From Dicyema japonicum (taxonomy: Eukaryota; Animalia; Dicyemida), in NCBI GenBank assembly GCA_011109175.1, contig RDEW01000033.1, positions 248,001 through 312,000 on the forward strand: a stretch of DNA of 64,000 nt. Direction: 5' to 3'. The first letter of the stretch is position 1, and each line of letters opens with the position of its first letter. Made by a program: the position numbers and the translations under genes. Below the pieces are notes generated by a model. That model was not told where the DNA came from. It worked only from the letters and a program-made list of their open reading frames with translations, and searched no databases. This document shows positions 35,395 to 46,288 of this stretch, piece after piece.

Positions 35395-36530
35395 AAATCA
35401 TGGATTCCAGAGAAGTTGATGAGTGGCAATTCTTTCCAAAAGTCTACCCCTTTCTAACTCTGTATGCATTTTTATATTGCTACGCTTTCTCGATATTTGT
35501 CACCTCAAAAGGATCGAGAGGCTTTTCTTATTTTCCTCCAGAGTACCCACGGCTTTCCTGTATCGACGACGATCACCTTTCATTAAAATTTGAAAAGGGG
35601 TGGGTTTTTTCCCAATTTACGTGTATTTGAGACTTCTAGTCTTGAATGAAAGAAACTACTTGTCTCATGACCACACAGACCGATGAAACCGGAGTCGTTG
35701 TTTTCGATTGAGGTGTGGTCAAGCATTGGGAGAAAAGATTGGCAAAAAGATTTGTTAGACGTGCAAGTTTGCCTGTTAGGGAATTGATCTTGTACAAATT
35801 GGATATTAAAACTCCATAAGTCCATTAGGCACAAACATACTCAACCGTCGGTTTTAAAACTTATTGTACAAGATGACAGCCCATTCCCGCAACGGCCTGG
35901 ACTTTAAGAACGATTTCATTATGTTCAGTTTCGAGAGACACTTTGTCATCACGTTCTTCACATGTTAAGAAAATCTCATCAAAGGGTCGAAAGTCACTCC
36001 CAGAATAGTTGGATGAATCTGTAAAGGTAGAGTCTCCACAAATGCTCAAATCCAGTGTATATTTTGCTTTTCTGTCTGTGGTGAAGATAATATACGTAGC
36101 TTTATCCCTGGATATGAAGAGAAGATTCAAATTAAACCAGGCTCCCAGGTCATCAATATGTGACTGAAGTTCTGATTTTGCCATATCCACGTATTTGCTC
36201 CTACTAGCGATAATTAAGTCGTCAGCATATGTAAGAAACATTGAATCTGGTCCTCCAGGGCAGGGTAAATCGTTTAGGAATAGATTGAATAGCGCCGGAG
36301 AGAAGGGCTATTCTGATGGACGCCATTTGGCAGAAGATGGGACCTCGATCTTGCATGGACTATACAGACACGTCCTCTTCTTTCAGAAAGAAAATTGGCT
36401 ATCCATCTTTTCAAAGCTGGCTGAATGGTGGAGTCAAAAACCTTTTTCGTGAGTAATGTTCTTGGGACAGAATCGAACGCCTTCTGGGTCTCCAGGGAAA
36501 CCAATATCTTCCATAACCATGAGAAACATT
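35395..36530 (-). mobile_element. Degenerate LINE RT and 3' end, same group as 22230-24860
   Basis: Reads QKAFDSVPRTLL, LLPNGVHQ, MFLTYADDLIIASR and terminal THQLLWNP. Confidence 0.8.
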
Positions 36531-36620
36531 CCATAGATGCTTACATAATATTAAAAACAGATTAATTAATTAAAAATAAATATTTAATAATAATATTTAA
36601 AAAATAACTTTGTTGTGTCA

Positions 36621-36965
36621 ATGCCAAAATATAATAAGTTTAATTTTGGAGCAGAAAACTTAGTAGAAGTGGAATTACGTAGAATATATAGCATACGAGC
36701 TAAAGTAATGTCAAAAATAACAATATAAAGGAGAAATTGAAAGAAAAGAAACAAAGCAAAGAAGCCAATAAGGAAGAAAAAAGTGCATAACGTATTAACC
36801 TTGTTAGAAAGTCAAGAAGAGAATATTAGAAGGAAAATGGAGAGAATGGAAGCACTAAAACACCTAAAAAGAGAGAGTGCAGATTATGACTATTCCGTTA
36901 AAAGAAAGACAAAAACGGAGGATAATTCTGATAGTAAATGGGGACAACCAAAAGCAATGAATTAG
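36621..36965 (+). CDS. Small charged/coiled-coil protein of unknown function; junction or frameshift near 36710 unresolved
   Basis: MPKYNKFNFGAENLVEVELRRIY..., then in the +1 frame KEKLKEKKQSKEANKEEKVHNVLTLLESQEENIRRKMERMEALK...AMN*. Confidence 0.3.
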
Positions 36966-38559
36966 TAATATATGAGGATGGGGACGTTGATATTAGGAAT
37001 TTAGTAAATTACAGTAATAATATGTTTGATTAATGTTTAATATTATTTCTCGAGTGAATCTATTATTAATTTAAATAATAACAAATTGAAAATATTTGTC
37101 GTCTAATATTTCTTTATATTTTATTTTCTGACGCACAATTAATCGTTTATATCCTGTAAACTTTTCTATTTGCTGTATGTACTTGTCGTCAAACTCTTTA
37201 GCATCTCTTATCAGGTTAAGTGAACACCTTGTTCTCACTTATTAATACCTCGTGCAAGGGTTGCCACCAGAAATATCCAAAAGCTGAAAGGTTTTGTGAA
37301 ATACAGTGTTAATCTCCCTTTTATATTCACAACAGCCGCTTATTCTGAACAACATCATCTTGTTGGCGTAAAAAGTCAACCCAAGTGAGAAGAATGGCTT
37401 CCTCAGACATCGAAAGGTGAAATGTTCTAATATTACAAAATTACACACCTCCTGGGCTAATCCAGTCGTTAAATACAGTAATTCCATTCCCTCCACAGAA
37501 CTGCTGGACAACCTCAATTAAAGTCTTTGGGGAGAATTCACTATTATGGACAGTTATGAGGGGATTTCTCAAAAGTAACATTTTTATGTAACAATTTTTC
37601 TATTATATTTTATTAATATTACCTGCTTTTTGGAATCCTTTATAGTTTTTGGAACTAACTCGCTGTGTCTTTTATTATTCAAGTATTTTTTATATTTGTT
37701 GACGTGTTCGTTTAACTAATTTAACAAATAATAGTGACTTGTTTGGGTTTGTACATGTTCTTAAAGTTATTTTCTGAAAATAATGTCATATTTGTATCGA
37801 ACATGTCTACTGATTTCATTTATAATAATAATATTAATATTTATTATATATTGCTGTACTTTTAAACATGAACAAATTATTAAAATCAATAAGTCATTAG
37901 GTGCTTTGTTTCCTCTCTTCCACCTAACCAGCCAGTTCTCTCTTGGTAATACCAGAGGACTCATGTATAAAAAACTTGAGCTCACATGAGACTTGGAACG
38001 ATGAAGCAATCCATGTGCTGCCTACAGGATACGAGAATAGCTGACACCGGAACTTTGGACATTAATGCCTGATTACCCTCCCAACAACCTGTCATCACTA
38101 TGGACTCGGATTTGAAATCCATCGCACAATGTACGATCGTATATCCGTGGTGTGATCTGTCTTGGATAGAATTAATGTTCTGCAAATTAAATGGGGAACC
38201 AGCAAGAGTATGTGTTACAAGGATAATCAACGTGGCATAAATAAAACTTAATTAATTAATGATTTTCCGGGAGTGCTTATTAATAAGTCATTATAGTATT
38301 AAGAAAAAACACAACAGTTTCCCAATTATCTGGGAGGTCCATCTCTGTGTCTCCTTTATTCCTATGAAGTGTCGCATGTCGGGTACAAGTGATCTGTAAA
38401 ATGTATAGAAAAAGGCCAAGTCCAGAGGAATGTCTGCTAGGGGTCAACAAAATGGTCACTGATTCAGAGCAATTTTCACTTGAAATTTCGGATAAATTCA
38501 TGACTTATTAATTCTCCCCCAAACTAGAAAGCCCCTATGATGGAGTCAATAATTTTGTT

Positions 38560-39480
38560 TATCAAGAACTTGTGTGCATTACATAATTTAATGTGAGTAT
38601 CCTATAGAGAAAACAACTGTGTTATAGCTGGTTCTACTGTGGAATCACGTACCTAATAAAGCTGATTCTGTAAATACTTAAAAATTAAGATCGGTCACAT
38701 GTACAAACTTGTCACCAAGTGGGTAATCAAAATATCCCTCACTATGTGGAAGTATTTGACCTCATTTTGGATTATCATTGGTTGAATAAAAGCCAATGCC
38801 ACGAGATTAAAGTTATTAACGAAACGCATAAAATTCTTCTGTGATGGATTGATGTTAAAAGGACAATCTGACCCAGTTGATTACAATTTCTTAAAGGATG
38901 TACCTATTAACTCTGGTCTCCCTATCTGGATTACGGACTTTATTTTCAAGCATTCCAAATTGGAGAGTTAATCTTTGACTTGGAAATAATAATTTGGAAA
39001 GTGTCAAAATCAAAAGGGTATATTCAAGGCGATTTACTTTCTCCCTAGTTATTTTTGTTGGTTTTAGAGTTACTGAGTAGGCTGTTAACTGGAAAGTATT
39101 TTAACTTGTCAATGCGGGTAGAAGACAGCAGCTCACTGTGTTTCTCGACGAACCACTTGATTTTTATTGATGAATTTAAAATTTTTACAAGAAGACCTCC
39201 CAACTATTAATAGGAGATATTAATGGGTTTCTTAAAGCTTCAGGGTTAGAAATAAGTTCCAGCTGATAGTTGATTGCTGTCGACCAAGTAACTCAGATTG
39301 AAGGATTTTAGCAATATCTGGGGAAATTGGATAACAAATCTACTGAAATATTGAGTATATATGGAAATGGTAGAGTCGTGTTAAAATATTGTAAATAACC
39401 AAATTAAATGATAGTAGCATGTTCAAAACTATAATGCGTGGTGTCAATGTGACAACACCCAGTGCCAATGGGCATACAAA
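38560..39480 (+). mobile_element. Degenerate R4-like RT fragment
   Basis: Reads LYKLVTK, KGIFQGDLLSP and NHLIFIDEFKI. Confidence 0.7.
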
Positions 39481-40149
39481 TATCATTGCACGATGGCTCC
39501 CTTCTCTCAAGGTGTGCTGAATGTGACTTGTGGCAACGTAGAACAGAACCCTGGACTTTATTCACCCCCTGACTATCTTGTAACTAAATGTGAATAGGTC
39601 AGAACGAAAGTAGGTTGGGCACTTTATTGACGAGTTGTAAAGTGGACATAGACTAATTCAAGAACAAAACTCTCTAATTCAATCTCCACATCTTGCTTAC
39701 GGGCTGCGTGTTAGTCCACAAAGATCGTGGCCACGATTCTTGTGAGGGCATCTTGCGATTGTTAGAATTGGATTGTCATTCATAGATGTATACTTTTGCT
39801 TCTCCGGATGTGTGAGTTCAACGGAACACCTTGCTCTAACATACAGTGCGTCCTATTTTCATGAGCATTTACATTCCATCCCAAGGGTTATGCCTATATT
39901 AATTATTCAAAAATTAAAGAACATTCACTATTTAAGTCTACTAAATATAACTATTTTTATATGAAGGGATCATCAATTTGGCCATGAATGTGAATATTTC
40001 CTCTGATCTGAGACTATCTACTTTCTTTAACATAGAAATATGCTTTTTCCAGATGTTAATGCAAAATTCCCGCAATATATGTAATATGTAACAAATAATT
40101 AATAATCTAACAACAAGGTGTAACCGAATTCTAAACTCTGACTAGAGGT

Positions 40150-40620
40150 ATACATCTTACTCTAATTTACGTGTATCGCTGGCTTCTATTGCTGATTGGT
40201 AGAAAGATCAGATTCCGAGTCGCAGAGAATGATGAAGCCGGAGAAGTTTGAAATTGAAATACCGTAAGCCCAGGAGGCACAGGTATACTCCACTGTCGAC
40301 TTAAGAACTGGTGGTATAAGACGTCAGCACATTCACAGGAATGAGCTGCTCCTGGAGTTTAGAAAGGTTTTGATGACTTTGAGTTTCAGGAGGCCCTTTG
40401 CCAGAAAGTCCTTCACATGTTGGGAGAAAGAGGGGTCCAGGCTCACTACCAGTATTCTTGGATGTCTTTTAATTGGTATAATGTCACCATGAAGGCTGAT
40501 TTCTAGCGTATTTTTTTGTTTTCGATCGGTTGTAAAAATGGTATAGGAAGATTTTTCCGTGGATATTGAAAGTAGGTTGAAAACAGCCAAACCCAGAAGT
40601 CGTATATGTGTGACATAAAA
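40150..40620 (-). mobile_element. Degenerate LINE RT thumb fragment
   Basis: Reads SYTIFTTDRKQ...RILVVSLDPSFSQHV, parallel to 22539-22814 and 35861-36241. Confidence 0.7.
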
Positions 40621-41695
40621 TCGTCTTCTTCATGGTAGACTTTTGAGATGACGGAGGAATTTTATTTATTATGTCAAATATAATATATAATAATTTAAAT
40701 TAATAATTAATAATGCGACGTGGGTTGTCATTATTTGGTTAGACTTTGGTAATTATTATAGTTTTCCCTCTTAACAATCAAAAGAATTCAAAGTCTCCAT
40801 TCTACTCGTATGACGATGAATTGCTTGAAAAAGAACTATGTCATATAAACAGCAGTCCACATACAATAAGCGATGTAATCAAAGATTTAACCACTGATAT
40901 TGGGTCATTCTATTATTAACGTAAGACACATCTATAGGGGGGAAGAATTCAATATTTTGTTTATAATCTCTAATGACAGCTCTTTCACATATGAACTCCT
41001 CGATTATAATGTCTAATTTCTTATTATCGTTAGTTGGAGTCATATGTCAAGAATATTAAAAAATTAGGTGACAACAACCAATTTGGGAAAAATAGGATAT
41101 TGGCTGGACATTTGAAGTGCATTATTTTCAAGATATGCTTCCCATCCAGCGATAAACATCAGTTATCACTTTCATTACTCTAGAATTAAATTTGATCTCA
41201 GATACACTCACAATGGAAATGACAGATTTACTCTATCAAAGAATATATCATTCATTACTAGGGATTACTTTTCAATATCCACAACCGCCACATTTATTAA
41301 TGTACACTTATCTTCACAATTTAGTCAACTGTTGCCGCCATTCAGTGCTCTCTTCAGAATGTTGGCTCTGAACCTGTTTATATTCGAAGACTGTCTACCT
41401 CTGTTCGTAGCAATTACTCAGAAATTGTCCACTTTATCAATGACCACGTGTCCTTGTAAGTGTAATGACTAATATTAGAAATAATAAGGAGGATAAAAGA
41501 GAAGGATTCCTTCTACCAAAGTCAGTATTAAAGAAGACTTTCTTTATCAAATTGAAAAGCAGTCTAAGACTCCCAATTGAGTGTTTGTTTAAGGACATAA
41601 ATGGAGTGGAGGTTGGTATCCTTGAAGTGCACTGGAAGAGAGTTAATACAACGAAACGAAGAGGATGCATAAGTAACGAGATCTATTGTCCTGTT

Positions 41696-41989
41696 TTATG
41701 AGCTATGACTGTTAGATTGGGAGACTGTCTGATATCGAAGTATGTTGTGAATCTGTCCTGCAAGGAGTAGTAAATAAAGTGGAGTCGTTTCAGTTGGTGG
41801 TGATAAATAACAAGTTATTATAATAAAGATGATAGATCTGAGATCCTGAAATGCTATGGTAGCATTTGTGAACGATAATACCTCATCAATTACATGGATT
41901 GGTGAGACTATGAGGACTTTGATGCCCATAAAAGCACATGAAAGTATTAAATTGAATGTGGAGATTTTGCCTGTGTTTTGTGGAATCAA
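41696..41989 (-). CDS. Possible degenerate P-loop/RecA-fold protein (SWSAP1-like)
   Basis: PQNTGKISTFNLILSCAFMGIKVLIVSP resembles a Walker A motif followed by the helix-strand of RecA paralogs. Weak similarity judged by eye only. Confidence 0.25.
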   Translation of the reverse strand: MIPQNTGKISTFNLILSCAFMGIKVLIVSPIHVIDEVLSFTNATIAFQDLRSIIFIIITCYLSPPTETTPLYLLLLAGQIHNILRYQTVSQSNSHSS

Positions 41990-42292
41990 TGTTATAATGT
42001 TTGTTATCCTAGAGTTTGGGATCTGTGGAGGTTGTCGATTTGGATACTAATAAATATTATAAATTTAATTATGTTGGTAATATTGAAATTATTAACTGAT
42101 TATTATTTTTAACAATCAGAGATATTATAGTTGCAAAAATGAGGTTATAAACCGCATAATCCGAGATGGGAATTAAATGCAGTAAATATAATTTATGTTT
42201 GACGTAATAAATTATAATAATTATTAATATATTAAATTATTTTCAAAATATTTAAAAATATAAAAAAAACCACCCAATAATCATTTAAAAGA

Positions 42293-42847
42293 ATGACCGT
42301 ATTTGACTTGAATGCACATAATATTCTATTTATTGGTGATCCTGGAGTTGGGAAAAGTAGTTTGATCTCATCATATTCAGGAAGGTTTGACGATAATTAC
42401 ATACCTACAAAGTGCGACATTTATCAAGGTATTTTATTCTCAATATAAAAGGTATTGGAGAAAACAATATGATCACAAACTATATATTCTAGTGGACTAT
42501 GGGGGAGATCTTCAAGTTTGATGAAGTATTTAGGTTTTATATTTTAGGAAGTCATTATGTTGAAAAAATACATAAACATGTCACACAAAATTGCACTCTG
42601 TTTTGATTTTAGGTGATAGCAATACATTCAAATCTTTGTCTAAAACTTGGATTCCTATTCTCAATGAATGCAATCACAATGCAAAGATCCTCATTATTGG
42701 AACCAAAAATGATTTAGTGAGTCAATCAAATATAAAAGAAATGTTAAAAAAATAAAACAAAGTATCGAGGTCATAGATTATGTTGAATGTTCGTCTTTAA
42801 CACAAAAAAATATTAAAAATATATTTACTATTTTATTAATAAAATAA
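42293..42847 (+). CDS. Atypical Rho/Rac-family small GTPase; disrupted in this assembly (one in-frame TAG, two homopolymer indels)
   Basis: G1 FIGDPGVGKSSLI, G2 YIPT, CFD...W.P, G4 IGTKNDL, G5 YVECSSLTQK. Two 22-23 nt introns. No CAAX box. Confidence 0.75.
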
Positions 42848-42970
42848 TTATTAATTTATTGGAAATTTTGCATACTTATGGGATTGTACCCTAATAAATT
42901 CTACAGGGGGTACTTGAGGCTATTGAAAATGGATGAAATATACATAAGCTACTATGTTCAAGAAAACCAT

Positions 42971-43022
42971 TGAGAGCATGTCTCTAACGCATGTCTGTGA
43001 GTCTTTGAGAGCATGTCTCTAA
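42971..43022 (+). repeat. 17-bp direct repeat (tgagagcatgtctctaa x2, period 35) with a third GCATGTCT core between the copies
   Basis: Copies at 42971-42987 and 43006-43022; third core at 42989-42996. Confidence 0.85.
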
Positions 43023-43528
43023 ACACAAGCCAAATTGCAAGAGGATAATAGTCAAAACTGGCAAAAATAGGGCAAAGGAAACGTTAGAAGGAATAATTGT
43101 GTTAGTCTGAATGGTTTTTTCGATAATAAAATTTAATTTGTCTTGTGCAGTTATTGAATGTTGTGACTACTTAGTATATAATAATCCATCTCATTATTCC
43201 TCTCGTTAAAAAATCGTTTATAAAGTCATCCCGAGAAATTGTTTTATATGAGCCACATGGATTTTGTTAATTAGCACTATCAACCTCAAAGATATGCCTT
43301 TCGACAATTCTTGATTTCCATAATCCTTTCATAATCATTAAAAGTCTAAATATATTGTAGACATTGAGTTATGTACAAATTCTATAATTCTAAAATCAAA
43401 TATTGGATCCTACGATCCCCGATGTTTCTAGGATCGATGTGAATTGTCTTGGTATTTATAGCGTGTACCTCATACCTCGAGGACTCAGCATTTGTAGAAG
43501 GTACTATCGAAATTATAACAAAAAATAT

Positions 43529-44357
43529 TTAAATAACATGAGTGTTAGTTGTCTTAATTTGTTTCTTTTTGGTTTGCTTACTATCCTTCTTATTATTAGG
43601 CAATCCCTTAAATAATCAACAAACAAACTGATTTGACGGCGACAACATCCTCTCTACAGTGAATTCCCTCCTTACGAAGATGTGCTTCAATGGATAACTC
43701 ATCACATGCATCAACAGACACACTATTCCACAATTGTACAATCTCCTCAGACACATTGGGCTTAAACTTTTTGGATCCTCTAAAGAATAAAGCTGCATCC
43801 TTGTCTGGTTTGGGGATAATTGCAATAACATCAGACATATTCTCTACAACTCTGTCAGGGTCACGCATTGATTCCCTCAGTTCTGACATTAATATAGCCT
43901 CCAATCCAAACTCAGCATGTCTCTTTATTTGACGGAATAGATCTGTGGCCTTGCTTATTGAATATGTCGGTCGAAATTTGATGGAAAAACGACCGTACTC
44001 ATCATTTATTATCTCGACCTTCTTGTTGGCTGGTAAGGCCTCTTTCATTAACCAATTTTTGTCCACTTCCTCTAAATAACACTCCACTCTATCCAGAACA
44101 TCATCCAAAATCATATTCCTCCCGTTGACCTTCCTTGTATCTTTCCCTCAAAAACATCACAATTTTGGCTAGTGACGAGAATCTCTGCTTTTGGGTAGGC
44201 CTTGACTGTCCATTAGAGAAAGAAAAAGGTTCTAACATATAACATATGTTATACTCTTTGGGATAGTCCTTAAAACAGATGATGGGGGAGTATAATTTGC
44301 AATATTGTTTGCTTTTTCTAAAAATTCCTTTCTTTGTTTGATTAAATTTGATGACAT
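43529..44357 (-). CDS. GTF2E2: General transcription factor IIE subunit beta, with 2 introns and one apparent +1 frameshift near 44115
   Basis: Reads MSSNLIKQRKEF, RFSSLAKIVMFLRERY, ILDDVLD, WLMKEALPANKKVEI, FRPTYSI, HAEFGLEAILMSEL, PKPDKDAALFF and EEIVQLWNSVSVD...IEAHLRKEGI, all matching human TFIIE-beta blocks from memory. Introns 44232-44254 and 43607-43628. Confidence 0.9.
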
Positions 44358-44835
44358 CAGAAATGCCACACAACAAAAAAGATAAATAATATTTAAAATT
44401 AATTTTAAATATTATTTAATTATATTATTACACAATTCCATATAAGTTGCTTAAAAAGGATGTTCTGAGTCTTCTGAAACAGATACACGAATTTGTTTCT
44501 ACGAGAAGCATCCGAAGACTCGGAGACAATAAAATATTACAGCGACCCCCTCCTCCAATAGATTAATCAGAATCCTCTCTTTCAAGGGACGTGCGAGTAA
44601 ACCTGGCTCATCTACGATGTGGACACCACCCATATCTACCAACATATGATATACTTTGCCCCTTTTGCAACCTCCACGTGCTGACAACAAATCACCTATT
44701 TCAATGTCATGAATTGGCACAACGTTTCTCCACAATGCCGAACTGACCGATCTATGGGAGCGACCAACATCTGCTGCGTACTACTTAATAGCTGCTGGCC
44801 TCCTACAAGTTAGTGAGGCTTGGGCTACTTAACTA

Positions 44836-46288
44836 CAGTGGTGACACGTTTATACGGGACAAAAATGGGTATTTTTAAAAAATTGTCCTATATAATTATT
44901 TGTCCCATATAATATTTTAATTCTTTTTAATCAACAAATTTATTTCAAAGTTGAGCTTTGTATTTACTTTTAATTACTTTAATAATTCCCATATCTAAGG
45001 TGAGCCGCGTGGCGCCGTGTGGTGCTTCGTGGCTAATTGGTTGAAGTTTCTGTTTGTTCGTCTGTTCCTCCTCTATCTTCCTATTAGAGTGGCGTCATGT
45101 GATCCACCTGTCTAGGTGGCGCTCAGTGCTAGGCCGGCACGAAAAAGGATCATTTGCTCTTCCCCACTCCACTTGAGGGGTTTCCACTCTGCAAGTATGG
45201 ACGTCTTTTACCCTTTATGTTGATTCCGGATGGACTCTGTAGAAGTGGAAACTGGATACACTTAATTAGTTTTTTATTTTAACTTCTCTCTCGGTGTATC
45301 CGGGGTTAATAAATTAATTAAAAAAATTTAAAGGTTGAATTACTGAACTGGTATTTGGAGGAATGAAATTAAATTTGATATTACTTGGCTCTTCAATATT
45401 ATGACCGCTAAATTTGTCCATTAACAAAAGAATGTGTCGATTTTCTTTAATAAAATTATTATTCAGTTCATTAACATATAGTGAAAAAATGTCTTTCGTT
45501 AACCAAGCTGTCTTATTTGCAACATATTTAATAATGTTTGCTTTAAGATCATCCGAGATCTTTACTTTTACCAATAAATAATGGATTGCAAATTTCTTTA
45601 TTCATTGAACAACAAAACAATGCTGTAATTTTTCCACTGACTGTCGTTTTTTATTGCATTTGATGACTGTAGTACATACGAATAGCTGTGTTGGCCTCTC
45701 AAATAAATGCATGTTTCATCACAGTTATAAATATTTTCTGGAGAATAAGCACGATTTAGACAAAATGATTCTGCAAAAATCAATGCAGATTCATGATCAG
45801 CACTTGCAGCTTCTCCAGATAACCGTTTATATTTCATATTATGACATTTGAATAATGAAAACCACTGTTTTCCACCCATGAATTATCATTATGTTCTTGC
45901 GCATATTTAAGTGCGAGTACTTTAATGTTAGAATAACTGAGAGCCACATTCTGCGATCCTAATTTTGAAATGGCCCCAATCAAATTCTCGTTCAAAGTAA
46001 GAACTTTTTTGTTCTATGATTTCCTCAGCAATCTTGTTTTTGGTATTAAAATCAAGTTCATTTCTCTTGTTTGACGTCATAAGGTTAATAACAAAAATAT
46101 TGATTTAATTCTTTAAAAATTGTCCCATATATATTAGCAATATTTTTAAAATTGTTAAATAATTTATATAAATTTACTACAAAAAATGTAAAATATTGAC
46201 AATTGTTAATAAATTGGTTAAAGTGTCCCATTTATACATTTTGTCCCGTCCCATATAATTTTTGTCCCATATAAATGTGTCACCACTG
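44836..46288 (-). mobile_element. pogo/Tigger DNA transposon with 31-bp TIRs, TA TSD and disrupted DD29D transposase
   Basis: TIRs cagtggtgacacgtttatacgggacaaaaat and cagtggtgacacatttatatgggacaaaaat (2 mismatches), flanked by TA at 44834-35 and 46289-90. The transposase (46080 to about 44945) has KRLSGEAASAD, NIYNCDET, LLLMDKFSGH and PPNTSSVIQPL|DMGIIK. Confidence 0.93.
45002..45328 (+). mobile_element. About 330-bp bipartite LINE-derived cassette (5' end + putative 3' end + A-rich tail) inserted in the pogo transposase
   Basis: 45005-45185 is an inverted homolog of 24685-24855, the 5' end of the 22230-24860 LINE. It ends in aataaattaattaaaaaaa, with an imperfect TSD taaggt/taaaggt. Confidence 0.75.

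Noticed and set aside
42490-42492. In-frame TAG in the Rho-like gene as evidence of stop-codon reassignment
   Set aside because: Single instance in an error-rich gene. Piwi, LIG4, FHL, TFIIE-beta and tetraspanin show no in-frame TAG once introns are removed.
44100-44125. Euplotes-like programmed +1 frameshifting at stop codons (TFIIE-beta, Rho)
   Set aside because: The LIG4 shift must occur well before the stop to keep GHTLRFPRI, and the FHL shifts are -1. Homopolymer error explains all cases more simply.
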